DNA of 48,551 nucleotides. Origin: Bdellovibrionota bacterium (GTDB lineage: Bacteria > Bdellovibrionota_C > UBA2361 > OMII01). The notes under the pieces are model-generated. The model saw nothing but the letters and a program-made list of their open reading frames with translations, was not told where the DNA came from and did not search any database. Every line of letters starts with the position of its first letter. Position 1 is the first letter of the stretch. The stretch is from assembly GCA_044345405.1 (NCBI GenBank), contig JBIJBE010000025.1, positions 1 through 48,551 on the forward strand, in the 5' to 3' direction. A program made the position numbers and the translations under genes. Positions 1-9,807 of this stretch are shown one piece after another.

Positions 1-715
1 TGGTGAGCGATAGATCGACTCTCGCTCTCGCCGGGGAGAAGATCTCTAGCGCTAATGTTCGTGGAGCGTTGCCCTCTACAGCGCCGACGGACGCCTCCAT
101 CTCCACCACATCACCCCTCGGATCGAGCACACGGGCCGATACTATCTCGGTGGAGACTCCTCGCACACGCCACGCCACATGCGCCTTTTGATCCACGATC
201 ATCTTATCACCGTCCCCGACTTCGTACACGGTGACATCCGAACACGACAACGTCGGAAGGGATCCTGTCATGAGGGCGACAGCCGTTTCACGTGAAACCC
301 CTCGTAATCCCAGATACTCGGCGACTAAGCGCCGTTCGTCACGATCTTCAGAATAGGTTTGCTCCTGAGAGTTGAGCCAGAGCGCCCGCCCATCATGCGA
401 AACCAAGAGGCCTAAGGTGAACGCCCCGTTTACCGGAAGCACATCCACCCGAAAGCTCGCGGGCTCTTTGCTGACGACGACATAACGAAACGATGCCCGC
501 TCCGCAATCGATGAGATCGTCGCGTCCGCGAGCACCCGCACAGATTCGACCGGCTTTCGCTTCGAGTTCAGCTCCGCGCATAGTTGCCGCGAAGACCCAG
601 GAGACACCGCCGCTCCTTCTGGCTCGAATGAGGGGCGAAAACACCCCGCCATGAGCGATACGAGCGTCATCAAGGTAGCGCCGCGAAATACTCTTACGAA
701 CGTGGACGATGTCAT
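1..715 (-). CDS. Lipoprotein, LolB/DUF4292-like (3' end runs off the window)
   Basis: Not in the ORF track; hand-translated from ATG 715: MTSSTFVRVFRGATLMTLVSLMAGC (lipobox) then FRVDVLPVNGAFTLGLLVSHDG; open to the window edge; directly downstream of a TPR gene, where LolB-like genes usually sit. Confidence 0.6.
   Translation of the reverse strand, partial: MTSSTFVRVFRGATLMTLVSLMAGCFRPSFEPEGAAVSPGSSRQLCAELNSKRKPVESVRVLADATISSIAERASFRYVVVSKEPASFRVDVLPVNGAFTLGLLVSHDGRALWLNSQEQTYSEDRDERRLVAEYLGLRGVSRETAVALMTGSLPTLSCSDVTVYEVGDGDKMIVDQKAHVAWRVRGVSTEIVSARVLDPRGDVVEMEASVGAVEGNAPRTLALEIFSPARARVDLSLT
285..298. promoter_or_regulatory. parS-like palindrome GTTTCACGTGAAAC
   Basis: Perfect 14-bp core of the consensus parS TGTTTCACGTGAAACA, embedded in coding sequence (reads VSRET). 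Confidence 0.55.
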
Positions 716-745
716 ATGCACTCTCCGGCGCGCGGCCCTTTTATC

Positions 746-2620
746 CTACGGCAACCCGCCGGTCAGGAGTTCCAGATCAAAAGAGGTCTGTTGCTGATCG
801 AGAGCAGATTCCTTCTTATTAAACGATACCTTCTCGACAGAGGCGAGGGCTGGCTGCTCTCGGAGCAAATTCTTTAAACGATCTTTTATTCGCTTATAGG
901 CGGAGGCGGTGTCTTCATCCTCCAACTCCTCCTCAGTCAACGCGCGCTCGCTAACGCCCTTCATGAGTGCCACAGCTTTGTCATATTTTTTGCGAGCAAC
1001 GAGCACCTCAATATAGTGATCCAGCACCACGATATCATCCCCCGCTCCGCTCACGGCCTTCGCGAGCGTAGCCTCAGATTCCTCCAGGTTACCCGCTCGG
1101 AACTGGGCCCATCCAAGGGTATCGAGGTAGTAGGGGTCTTGAGGCTTCACCTCGAGGGCTTGGCGAGCCAACGCCTGCGCGCGTCCCAAATCGCTTCCCT
1201 TTTCAATGAGGCCATACGCGAGATAGTTGAGCGCGTCGGAATTGCGCGGATTTATCTCGACAACTCGCTCCATCAACGCGAGAGCCTCCTCCTCTTTGCC
1301 TCGCTCATGGAGCACGAGGCTCAGGTTAAAGAGGAGCCGCTCATCGTTTGGCTCTCGTGTCAGAGCTTCCCGCATAAGGGACTCCGCTTTACTATATTCC
1401 TTGAGATCTCGCAGGATCAGCACCTGGTAGAGCAGAAGGTTCTTGTTCTCTGGCTCTACCTCTCGAGCCTCGGCAACAACATCTCTCGCGCGCTTCAACT
1501 CATTATCCTGTCGCAACACAAACGCGGCGAAGGTACGAGCCTTAACGAACATCGGATCGCCCTTCGGAATCATGAAGAGCTCGTCGAGCGCTTCCTTTCG
1601 CTTCCCACTTCCGGCGTATATCGAAGCGAGGTAGTACCGCGCCTCGGTGTGATCAGGCTTGGTAGCGAGCACGAGGTTGAGCTGTCGCACCGCCTCCTCG
1701 TAGTTACGCTTCTCCATTTGTATCAGCGCTATTTTGAAGCGAGTGTCGGAAGCGTCCGCCTCAATCCCCTCTAACACAACGAGGTGCTTCAAGGCCTCAT
1801 CAAGCTTGCTCTCCCCCAACATCAAGTGCCCTAACACCTTCCGAGCAACGGCGTTCGTTGGATCTTTTTGAAGCATCCGCTCACAGAGCGCTTTCGCTTT
1901 GTCAGATTTTTTATTCCTCAACAACACTCGGAGAAGCTCGACGGAACCCCGTGAAAGGGTCGGATCACTCTCGAACACCCGCATGTACTCTGCTTCAGCC
2001 TGAGGATAGCGCTCCATCAACTCATAGGTGCGACCGAGGTAGTAGTGCGCGAGGCTATCAGAGGGATCCATTCGCTCAAGCCGCTTGAGAAGATCGAGCG
2101 AATCTTGAAATCGTCCCTGCTTCACGTAGAGATTAGAGAGCAGGACATACGCGTCAAACTTGCCGGGATACTCTTCAATAAGTTTTTTATACTGAGGTTC
2201 GGCTTCCGTGTCTCGTCCAAGCGCCTCGAGCACTCCCGCGTAGAGTAACCGATTTGAGGGATTAGCCGGTTCCTCTCGCAACGCGGTTTCAGCCGCCTGA
2301 AGCGCCTTATCAAGCTCGCCGAAGCGAAGATAGAGATCCGCGAGCTTCGAATAAACCATCGGTGTTGGCTCATCGGCTAACTCAACCACGGCGGAGAAAT
2401 TCTCAAGCGCGGTTTTGAAATCTTGGTCGTTGAGGGAGAGCTGCCCCACTAGAAAATGATGCAGGGCGCTCGAACGGGTACGATCCTCGGAGGTAAAGGT
2501 GCCGATGTTCGCGTTCGCGACATCCATCAAGATGGCGTTATCAGGCTGGGCGCTCGGCGAAGGTGAGGAGATCGAGCACCCAACTGTCAGGGTGCTTGCG
2601 ACAACAAGAGAAACCCTCAG
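746..2620 (-). CDS. Tetratricopeptide-repeat protein, probably a lipoprotein (start codon uncertain)
   Basis: Many TPR units, ALNYLAYGL and YYLDTLGWAQF motifs typical of the TPR protein found next to lolB/ispE; lipobox-like LTVGC at about 2590-2576; first in-frame ATG at 2527; the tracked start at 2794 overlaps a tRNA. Confidence 0.85.
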   Translation of the reverse strand: MRVSLVVASTLTVGCSISSPSPSAQPDNAILMDVANANIGTFTSEDRTRSSALHHFLVGQLSLNDQDFKTALENFSAVVELADEPTPMVYSKLADLYLRFGELDKALQAAETALREEPANPSNRLLYAGVLEALGRDTEAEPQYKKLIEEYPGKFDAYVLLSNLYVKQGRFQDSLDLLKRLERMDPSDSLAHYYLGRTYELMERYPQAEAEYMRVFESDPTLSRGSVELLRVLLRNKKSDKAKALCERMLQKDPTNAVARKVLGHLMLGESKLDEALKHLVVLEGIEADASDTRFKIALIQMEKRNYEEAVRQLNLVLATKPDHTEARYYLASIYAGSGKRKEALDELFMIPKGDPMFVKARTFAAFVLRQDNELKRARDVVAEAREVEPENKNLLLYQVLILRDLKEYSKAESLMREALTREPNDERLLFNLSLVLHERGKEEEALALMERVVEINPRNSDALNYLAYGLIEKGSDLGRAQALARQALEVKPQDPYYLDTLGWAQFRAGNLEESEATLAKAVSGAGDDIVVLDHYIEVLVARKKYDKAVALMKGVSERALTEEELEDEDTASAYKRIKDRLKNLLREQPALASVEKVSFNKKESALDQQQTSFDLELLTGGLP

Positions 2621-2676
2621 GAGCGCGTGGCGACACGACTCTCGAGGAAAAGACCAAACTTCGGAGCTGGTAAATA

Positions 2677-2750
2677 TGGTTCGCCCGCAAGGACTCGAAC
2701 CTCGATTTTCAGGGTCAGAACCTGACGTGCTGCCATTGCACCACGGGCGA
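2677..2750 (-). tRNA. tRNA-Gln (anticodon CTG)
   Basis: Acceptor stem TCGCCCG/CGGGCGA, anticodon arm TCAGG-TTCTGAC-CCTGA, T-loop GGTTCGAGTCC, encoded CCA. Confidence 0.95.
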
Positions 2751-2978
2751 ATATTCACTTCTATTCCAAGAAATTGAGCTAGCCACACTATCACGCGGGA
2801 GGGGACTCATCAATACATAGGAAGCCTATGAAAAAGCACCCAACCCCTCGGTGTTATTGGCTACCCTACCCTATCATCAAGAGATTTCACCAGTCTGATA
2901 CTGATTGCCCTCCGCAGCCCCCGTAAAGTTGAAACGGATTCCAAGCCATGCTAGCCTCCCGGGAGTTAAGAAAAGTGT

Positions 2979-3053
2979 GGCCCCATCGTCTAGTGGTTAG
3001 GACGGTGGCCTCTCACGCCGCAAACAGGGGTTCGAGTCCCCTTGGGGTCACCA
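2979..3053 (+). tRNA. tRNA-Glu (anticodon CTC)
   Basis: GGCCCCA/TGGGGTC acceptor stem, anticodon arm GTGGC-CTCTCAC-GCCGC, GGTTCGAGTCC T-arm, encoded CCA. Confidence 0.95.
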
Positions 3054-3142
3054 CCTTTTTCTGACTTCCCCTCGCTGGCAATTCCTCTCGTTACTTTGCT
3101 AGAATCAAGACCTTGAGAATACGACGAAAGTGATTGTCCAGT

Positions 3143-3194
3143 CTTAAGACCTTCAAGGGGCTTGAGACCCTCAAGGGCTTGAAACCCTCAAAGG
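3143..3194. repeat. Three tandem 17-18 bp palindromic units (consensus CTTGAGACCCTCAAGGG) upstream of pdxS
   Basis: cttaagaccttcaagggg / cttgagaccctcaaggg / cttgaaaccctcaaagg read directly. Confidence 0.75.
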
Positions 3195-3249
3195 TTTTAA
3201 GCTGACACATGTGTGCGACAACAGTTTGTTCTGATTAACGTGAGCAGCC

Positions 3250-4149
3250 ATGAGCCCAAAAAACGGCACCTCCTCCGATCCATTTGAAATCAAAGTTGGC
3301 CTCGCCAAGATGTTATGTAACGGCGTGATCATGGACGTCATCGATGTTGAGCAAGCTCGCGTCGCTGAGGACGCCGGAGCGGTCGCGGTTATGGCTCTTG
3401 AGCGCGTTCCATTTGACATCCGCCGCGACGGTGGAGTCGCTCGCATGAGCGACCCCAAAATGATCGAAGAGATCAAAGCGGCGGTGAGCATCCCTGTCAT
3501 GGCCAAGATTCGAATCGGACACCTCGCCGAAGCGCAAATCCTCGAGGCGATCGGGATCGACTTCATCGATGAATCGGAGGTTCTCACCCCAGCCGATCCA
3601 TTCCTTCACGTCGATAAACACCTCTTCAAAACCCCTTTCGTATGCGGAGCTACCGATCTCGGAGAGGCTCTTCGTCGAGTACATGAGGGCGCGGCTCTTA
3701 TCCGAACCAAAGGTGAAGCTGGCACCGGTAACATCATCGAAGCTGTTCGTCACCTTCGAGAGGTCCGTCGTAATATTGACGAACTCAAGACACTTTCTCC
3801 GGAGAGAATGGCGGAGCGCGCTGAACACTATCGAGTTCCCCTCGCCCTGTTGAATCAAGTGCGAGAGCTCGGGCATCTTCCAGTACCTAACTTCGCCGCC
3901 GGTGGTGTAGCCACACCAGCGGACGCGGCACTCTGCCGTCAACTTGGAGCTGAAACGGTCTTCGTTGGCTCAGGTATTTTCAAGTCTGAGAACCCACCCC
4001 TTCTCGCTAAGGCCGTTGTGCAAGCCACCTGCTTCTATAACGAGCCGAAGAAGCTGCTTGAGGTTTCGCGTGGACTTGGCGAGGCGATGAGAGGTCTTGA
4101 GATCAGCAAGATAGCGCCCGAGGCGCTACTCGCGAATCGAGGATGGTAG
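3250..4149 (+). CDS. pdxS: Pyridoxal 5'-phosphate synthase lyase subunit
   Basis: [57 protein letters not shown]-terminal RGW. Confidence 0.97.
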   Translation: MSPKNGTSSDPFEIKVGLAKMLCNGVIMDVIDVEQARVAEDAGAVAVMALERVPFDIRRDGGVARMSDPKMIEEIKAAVSIPVMAKIRIGHLAEAQILEAIGIDFIDESEVLTPADPFLHVDKHLFKTPFVCGATDLGEALRRVHEGAALIRTKGEAGTGNIIEAVRHLREVRRNIDELKTLSPERMAERAEHYRVPLALLNQVRELGHLPVPNFAAGGVATPADAALCRQLGAETVFVGSGIFKSENPPLLAKAVVQATCFYNEPKKLLEVSRGLGEAMRGLEISKIAPEALLANRGW

Positions 4150-4153
4150 TGCC

Positions 4154-4729
4154 GTGGCCGATCGTGTCGGTATCCTAGGATTCCAGGGATGCATTGAGCC
4201 GCACGAGAAGATGCTCCGCGTCTTAGGAGCCCATCCGGTCCGAGTTCGAACAAAAGAAGATCTCAACTCCGTGGAGCGATTAATCCTTCCAGGCGGAGAG
4301 AGCACCACCATGCTGCGTTTTCTCAAGTTGTACGACCTCATCCCCGCGATACAGGAGTTCGCTAGGACAAAGCCAGTATGGGGAATTTGCGCCGGAGCCA
4401 TCTTAGTCGCAAAGACAGTATCCAACCCCACGCAACAATCTTTAAACCTGATTAATATCGCGGCGCACAGGAATTTTTACGGCTCGCAGCTCGATTCATT
4501 TACCGTGCCATTGTCCATAGCGGGACTCACAAATCCGATCGAGGCTCAGTTTATTAGGGCTCCGCTGCTGACCCGCCTTCCCCCATCTGAGGGTATCGAG
4601 TCAGCACAGGTACTCGCGACGCTCGAAGACCAGCCGGTATTCTTTGCCCACGGGAAAACCTGGGCATGCTCATTTCACGTAGAACTCGGGAACGATCCCT
4701 CTCTGCACGAGCTGTTCCTGAAGCTCTAA
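4154..4729 (+). CDS. pdxT: PLP synthase glutaminase subunit
   Basis: LILPGGESTTM, WGICAG nucleophile, RNFYGSQ, FIRAP, FHVEL; follows pdxS. Confidence 0.93.
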   Translation: MADRVGILGFQGCIEPHEKMLRVLGAHPVRVRTKEDLNSVERLILPGGESTTMLRFLKLYDLIPAIQEFARTKPVWGICAGAILVAKTVSNPTQQSLNLINIAAHRNFYGSQLDSFTVPLSIAGLTNPIEAQFIRAPLLTRLPPSEGIESAQVLATLEDQPVFFAHGKTWACSFHVELGNDPSLHELFLKL

Positions 4730-4886
4730 GCGACCCCTGTTCCAACAGACTTCTCCCCTCACGAGCGTCATATAGGCCGTAAAACCGGTGCGATATGGGT
4801 CAACCGACCAACTTTTGGGCGATTTGTCCATCGTTTATCTTTCCATCCTAAGATTCAGAAAGTAGGCCCTAGGAGCCCCCCCCCAT

Positions 4887-5105
4887 ATGACCCTTACAGA
4901 AAGTCTCAAAACCGCGATCTTAAACTCAAAGCAGTCTCGCTACGCCATCGCGCGTGGAGCACAGATTGATCATGCCGTTCTCCGACGGTTTATGAACGGC
5001 GAGCGCGATATCAAGTTGAAAACCGCGGAAAGCCTGGCCTCGTATCTCGACCTTGAGTTGGTAAAGAAGAAGAAAAGGTCAAAGAAGACTAACGGAAAGG
5101 TGTAA
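4887..5105 (+). CDS. Small Cro/XRE-type helix-turn-helix protein
   Basis: SRYAIARGAQIDHAVLRRFMNGERDIKLKTAESLA; AGGAG RBS upstream. Confidence 0.75.
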   Translation: MTLTESLKTAILNSKQSRYAIARGAQIDHAVLRRFMNGERDIKLKTAESLASYLDLELVKKKKRSKKTNGKV

Positions 5106-5108
5106 CAG

Positions 5109-6038
5109 CTACGAATAAATACTCGCTCCCTTTGGATCAGGCCTCGTTTTCCACCGACGATGCATCCAAAACCAACCTTCGGGAAATTTTCGGATCATCT
5201 CACAATACATATCCGCTAGTCGCCGTGTAATGACGAGGACCTTCTCGTCAGAGGACATCTTCTCATCGAGAAGCACATCACCGTAATCACACTCAGCGGC
5301 GTCAACGTAATATCGATCATCGCCACAATATCGAATAGAGGCTACAAAAATAGGCGCTCCTGTTCGCAGCGCCGCAAGAGCCACCGAGCGCGTCGTAGCC
5401 GCCGGAACACCGAACCAATCAACAAAGACGGCGTGGTTGCGGGTCACATTCTGATCAAACAGAATAGCGGCTGACATCCCCGAGGAGATACAGCTCACGA
5501 CCTCTTTGAACGCGCCGCGCCGATCAATAATCTTGTTACCTCGCGCTTCCCGAAGACCTGTCCACCAACGATCGAAGCGGCGGGACTGAAATTTGCGCGC
5601 CACCGCCGCGAGCGGAAATCCGCGAAGCCCTATCGCGTGCCCAAGCAACTCAAAGCTGCCGAGATGTCCGGTAGCGATAAGGAGCCCCCGGGAGGGGTGC
5701 TCTTGTAAACGTTGGCGATACGCCTCGAGGGCTGGAATCTCAACGTGCGACTCTCCCCATTCAGGCGTGAGAGATGGCAGACGCACGGTATCCGCGAGGA
5801 GCCTGGCCATCTCTGTGGCGTTTTTTCTCCGGATATCTTTCCGCCACGTGTCGTCTTTATCAGGAAAAGCGATGCGAAGGTTCTGGTCGATCGTTCGTCG
5901 CAATCGGGGAATAACCACGAAGGCGAGCCGAAAGATTCCACCAAAGAGAGCAACACGGGCGGACTGCGACAACACGCTCAACGCCCCCACCGTGATTCGA
6001 ACTAAACAGTACGCTATGAGCTCTAGGAACCACTTCAC
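5109..6038 (-). CDS. Lipid A biosynthesis late acyltransferase (LpxL/HtrB family)
   Basis: TGHLGSFE (HxxxxE), LFDQN, WFWMHRRWK terminal motif. Confidence 0.9.
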   Translation of the reverse strand: MKWFLELIAYCLVRITVGALSVLSQSARVALFGGIFRLAFVVIPRLRRTIDQNLRIAFPDKDDTWRKDIRRKNATEMARLLADTVRLPSLTPEWGESHVEIPALEAYRQRLQEHPSRGLLIATGHLGSFELLGHAIGLRGFPLAAVARKFQSRRFDRWWTGLREARGNKIIDRRGAFKEVVSCISSGMSAAILFDQNVTRNHAVFVDWFGVPAATTRSVALAALRTGAPIFVASIRYCGDDRYYVDAAECDYGDVLLDEKMSSDEKVLVITRRLADMYCEMIRKFPEGWFWMHRRWKTRPDPKGASIYS

Positions 6039-6119
6039 CTGACACCTCTAGGGAACGCGACCTTCATGCGCTCCATGCTGGAGGTTATAGTACATGGACG
6101 CGGTAGAGGTACACCTCCC

Positions 6120-7484
6120 TCATGAGGAGAGAGTTGACCGAGCGACAATCCGTCTCAACGTGCCCCTATCGAGGCCCAACATGCGCGCCGCTCGTACCTG
6201 ACTCCCGTCGCATAGGGCAAGCGCCTCCTCGACGAGGTGTCGCTTGAATCGCTCAGTTCGCTCGTGAAACGAGAGGCGCTCTTCGGAGGCCAAGGTACCG
6301 GACGTAGATGGCAGATCCTCACGCGAAATAGCGCTTCGGCCGTGGTAGTGCGCGTGATATGCCGCGTTCTCTAACACCCCTTGCAACTCTCGTATGTTGC
6401 CAGGCCACCGCCGCGCCGTGAAGGAATCCAGGACATCGCTCTCGACCTCAAACACACGGACCAACTCTCGTGCGCGCATCGAACCTAACATTGCCTCACA
6501 CAGATCGGGGATATCCTCTGGCCGTTCTCGAAGGGGCGGAAGATGAACCACGTTGTGCGCCACACGGTGATACAGGTCGCGGCGGATCCTGTTCCCCGCA
6601 AGAGCCTCGTCGAGTGGACGATTCATCGCGGCGAGGAATCGACAATCGACGCTCCGAAAAGAATCGGAACCAACCGGACGAACCCGTCGCTCTTGAATCA
6701 GATCCAGGAGTCGCACCTGGATCTCATGCGAGAACTCATCAAGCTCATCAAGAAAGAGCGTTCCCTCATGCGCCTCAACCGCAAGACCGGCGCGGGAATC
6801 AACTGCTCCAGTGAACGCGCCCTTTATGTGTCCAAAAAGCTCATTCTGTGCGAGGTCCCCTCCCCCAAAATTCGGTTGAGCATGCACAAAACGCCGAGGT
6901 CGCCGAGGGGAACACTCATGGATAAGTCTGGCGCACAATCCCTTGCCCGTTCCGGTCTCGCCCAAGATGAGCACCGGCTGAGGCAGCGTCGCGATGAAGG
7001 AGATGCGATCGCGGAGCGACTTGATAGCGTCACTCCGTCCTATTAACTGCGCCAGTGGCGAAGGACCATATGTTTGGGGCAACCTATCAAATTCTCGACG
7101 AAGCGCGGCGTGCTGCGCGGCATCGACGATAATCGGCGCGAGGGACTCCGGATCCGCCGGCTTCTCAACGAAGCTCGCCGCCCCCAGCCGTAACGCTCGT
7201 ACACCGTGAGAGAGCGAGCCGTGCCCCGTTACGACGATAATTCGGCTCGATTCATCGAGCGATCGAAGGTGTGCTATAAGTTGGAATCCACTCTCAGCAC
7301 CTTGTTTTTCATCGAGACAGAGATCCACAACAACAACACGGGGACGATGTCGTCGAAAAAGCGCGAGAGCTCCATCAACACTCGACGCACCCCCAACCCT
7401 TAGCGGAGCGATTCGGGGAGAGAGCGCTCGAGCCAAGCTGTTCAGGAGCTCACAATCGTCATCGATAAGAAGAACGTCACACAT
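6120..7484 (-). CDS. Sigma54-dependent response regulator (REC-AAA+-Fis HTH)
   Basis: LLIDDD/VVVDL receiver, GETGTGK Walker A, GAFTGA, LFLDE, WPGNIREL, C-terminal HTH. Confidence 0.93.
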   Translation of the reverse strand: MCDVLLIDDDCELLNSLARALSPRIAPLRVGGASSVDGALALFRRHRPRVVVVDLCLDEKQGAESGFQLIAHLRSLDESSRIIVVTGHGSLSHGVRALRLGAASFVEKPADPESLAPIIVDAAQHAALRREFDRLPQTYGPSPLAQLIGRSDAIKSLRDRISFIATLPQPVLILGETGTGKGLCARLIHECSPRRPRRFVHAQPNFGGGDLAQNELFGHIKGAFTGAVDSRAGLAVEAHEGTLFLDELDEFSHEIQVRLLDLIQERRVRPVGSDSFRSVDCRFLAAMNRPLDEALAGNRIRRDLYHRVAHNVVHLPPLRERPEDIPDLCEAMLGSMRARELVRVFEVESDVLDSFTARRWPGNIRELQGVLENAAYHAHYHGRSAISREDLPSTSGTLASEERLSFHERTERFKRHLVEEALALCDGSQVRAARMLGLDRGTLRRIVARSTLSS

Positions 7485-7493
7485 ATCGAGAGA

Positions 7494-8129
7494 TCACGCG
7501 CATTGACGCTCGCCCTGAACGACCGTCATGGGAGGAATATATATACGGCAGGTAATCAGGCGCTCCTCAAGCTCAACGCTCAGACGCCACTCGTGAGCCC
7601 TCATGATGAGGTCCGCCACAACGGCGTCAATTACCGCGCGCTCACCCAGCTCTCCAGCGGCGAAACTACTCCACGAGGCGTATCGTCGGATTGGGCCGGG
7701 AGACTTGGGGATTCGTATGGAAAGGGTGAGACCGTATTCGGATGACCACTCAGCTATCCACGGAGTGTCAGCGTCAGCGAACATCTGACGAACGATGGAG
7801 GAGAGACGCTCAATCTTCACTCGGTCTAACAAGACCATCTCAGAGCTTGAAGAGCTAAGCCGCGCCCCAAAGATGCCCGCGGCTTCATCAGCGCCCAGGG
7901 GCGTGGGTGCTATCTCATTTCTTAAACCAGCAATCTTTGAGACCGTGGCGGCTATCTGCGAGCATCGGTTGCGGACGCGCCCCAGCTCCTCACACGTCAT
8001 AGTGGTCGCGAGATAAGACACCTCATTGGTTATAACGGAGAGATCGCCCCGAACGACGTGGCTAAAGGCTCGGGAAAAACGGCTGAAGATAGCCAATTCG
8101 CTTTCGCCACGTGGTGTGTCCGCTGCCAT
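7494..8129 (-). CDS. Degenerate histidine-kinase-like protein
   Basis: H-box-like FSHVVRGDLSVI and HATPase-like terminus (LIMRAHEWRLSVE...TCRIYIP) but no recognisable N/G1/G2 boxes; ATG 8129 has a GGAG RBS; 9 bp upstream of the regulator. Confidence 0.55.
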   Translation of the reverse strand: MAADTPRGESELAIFSRFSRAFSHVVRGDLSVITNEVSYLATTMTCEELGRVRNRCSQIAATVSKIAGLRNEIAPTPLGADEAAGIFGARLSSSSSEMVLLDRVKIERLSSIVRQMFADADTPWIAEWSSEYGLTLSIRIPKSPGPIRRYASWSSFAAGELGERAVIDAVVADLIMRAHEWRLSVELEERLITCRIYIPPMTVVQGERQCA

Positions 8130-8257
8130 GCTCGCTCCTCTCAAAAGAGTTACGAGCGCCGGTTGTAACACCTCACACCCAATTCAAAATGGGGTATACT
8201 CGAATGCGGCCATATGGGGACAGATTCGGACAGGTGTTTTTTACGGACCCAGGGCCT

Positions 8258-8389
8258 GGGAGGGCGACCAGCTTGTCCGCCGTAGCCTAGCGAAGGCGGA
8301 TCCTGGTCGCCGAAATATCCCGTATCACAAATGACTTCCGCATGACGCAACGCGGCGGTCAGGAATGACCGCCCTCCCGGGTCACGGGT
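8258..8389 (-). repeat. REP-like palindromic element, copy 1
   Basis: Terminal inverted GGGAGGGCG/CGCCCTCCC; near-identical in inverted orientation to 34016-34149. Confidence 0.85.
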
Positions 8390-8397
8390 TCGTAACC

Positions 8398-9807
8398 CTA
8401 CGCCCTCAACTTATTCATCCCATCCAACGCCGCCACCTTGTAACATTCGGCGAGGGTCGGATAGTTGAACACCGCGTCCTTGAGGTAGGTCAGACCGCCG
8501 TTGAGGCCCATCACCGCCTGGCCGATATGGATAAGCTCCGTCGCGTATTCACCGATGATGTGAACACCGAGCACCTCGCCCGTTCCTCGGTGGAAGAGCA
8601 CCTTGAGCATCCCGTTCTCATCTCCAAGTAATTGTCCCCGCGCGATCTCGCGGTAGCGGGCTATCCCTGTTTCATAGGGAACGCCCTTCTCCGTGAGCTC
8701 CTCCTCTGACTGTCCCACGTACGAGATCTCAGGTATCGAATAGATCCCGTAGGGGAGCGGTATCTTCATAATGTGTTCATCGATTCCGAACGCGTGACAC
8801 GCCGCAAGTCTTCCCTGACGGGCTGCGGTGGAGGCGAGGGCTGGAAACCCTATCACATCACCCGCCGCGTATACGTGCGGCACGGAGGTTTGATACTGAT
8901 CGTTCACCTCAAGCTTTCCCCGCTCTCCGACGGTTAACCCGATATTCTCAAGACCAAGGTCCTTCGTCGCGCTTGAGCGTCCTGCCGAATACAAAACGCA
9001 ATCCGATACCAGTACCTTGCCACTTTTCAGAACGGTTACCACCTGTCCGTCATTTCGGCAGGTGCAACTCTCAACCTCTTCACCCAAACGGAGTTGGGTT
9101 CCCATGGAGCGCATCTGGTATTGCAGGCACTCGATAATCTCCCCATCTATGAAGCCGAGGAGTCGCTTACGCGCGTCCACTATCGTCACACTCACACCGA
9201 GAGCCGCGAACATCGACGCGTATTCAGTACCGATCACACCACCACCAACAACGGTGAGCTCTCGCGGCAGCTCCTTCAGCGAGAGGATGTTATCGCTATC
9301 AAAAATGGTGGTTTGATTGAATTCGACATTCGGGGGACGGAAGGGCTGAGCCCCGACCGCTATCACAAACTTTTCAGCGGACCGTGTAACGACGCTTGAG
9401 GACGCTAGCGAGGAGATCTCGATCGTGTTCGGATCAATGAAGCGAGCATGCCCGTGCAGGATGTCGATGTGGTTTCGCTGAAGCTGGTGCTTGATCGTCT
9501 CAATCTCCGCTTCCATCGTCCAATTACACCGGAAGGTGAGGTCGGACATCGTCACATCGCCCTTTACCCGGTACCCCATGCCGTAGATCGCGCGCTGCCG
9601 ATACCCCGAGAGGAATACCACCGCCTCCTTGAAGGTTTTACTCGGGATGGTCCCCACATTGACGCATACCCCGCCCACTACCTCCCGTTGGTCGACGATC
9701 GCGACCCTCTTTCTGATTTTGGAGGCCTGGACCGCCGCTCGCTGTCCCGCCGGACCGCTCCCGAGGACCAGGAGATCGTAGTCATATGAACCGGTTTTAG
9801 CCGCCAT
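8398..9807 (-). CDS. sthA: Soluble pyridine nucleotide transhydrogenase
   Basis: GSGPAG FAD motif, GGVCVNVGTIPSK (CxxxxT), GGGVIGTEYAS, FNYPTLAECYKVAA; start taken at MAAKTG. Confidence 0.92.
   Translation of the reverse strand: MAAKTGSYDYDLLVLGSGPAGQRAAVQASKIRKRVAIVDQREVVGGVCVNVGTIPSKTFKEAVVFLSGYRQRAIYGMGYRVKGDVTMSDLTFRCNWTMEAEIETIKHQLQRNHIDILHGHARFIDPNTIEISSLASSSVVTRSAEKFVIAVGAQPFRPPNVEFNQTTIFDSDNILSLKELPRELTVVGGGVIGTEYASMFAALGVSVTIVDARKRLLGFIDGEIIECLQYQMRSMGTQLRLGEEVESCTCRNDGQVVTVLKSGKVLVSDCVLYSAGRSSATKDLGLENIGLTVGERGKLEVNDQYQTSVPHVYAAGDVIGFPALASTAARQGRLAACHAFGIDEHIMKIPLPYGIYSIPEISYVGQSEEELTEKGVPYETGIARYREIARGQLLGDENGMLKVLFHRGTGEVLGVHIIGEYATELIHIGQAVMGLNGGLTYLKDAVFNYPTLAECYKVAALDGMNKLRA

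Noticed and set aside
1016-1774. 252-aa plus-strand ORF and many similar antisense ORFs (e.g. 3313-3942, 14270-14869, 19550-20149, 40252-40845)
   Set aside because: Shadow frames opposite well-supported genes, with no motifs
2979-3120. tRNA-Glu or tRNA-Gln as an integration site for an island
   Set aside because: No integrase and no duplicated tRNA 3' end noticed in the window
3143-3194. Palindromic repeats as a mini CRISPR array
   Set aside because: Units are 17-18 bp, directly abutting with no spacers, and there are no cas genes
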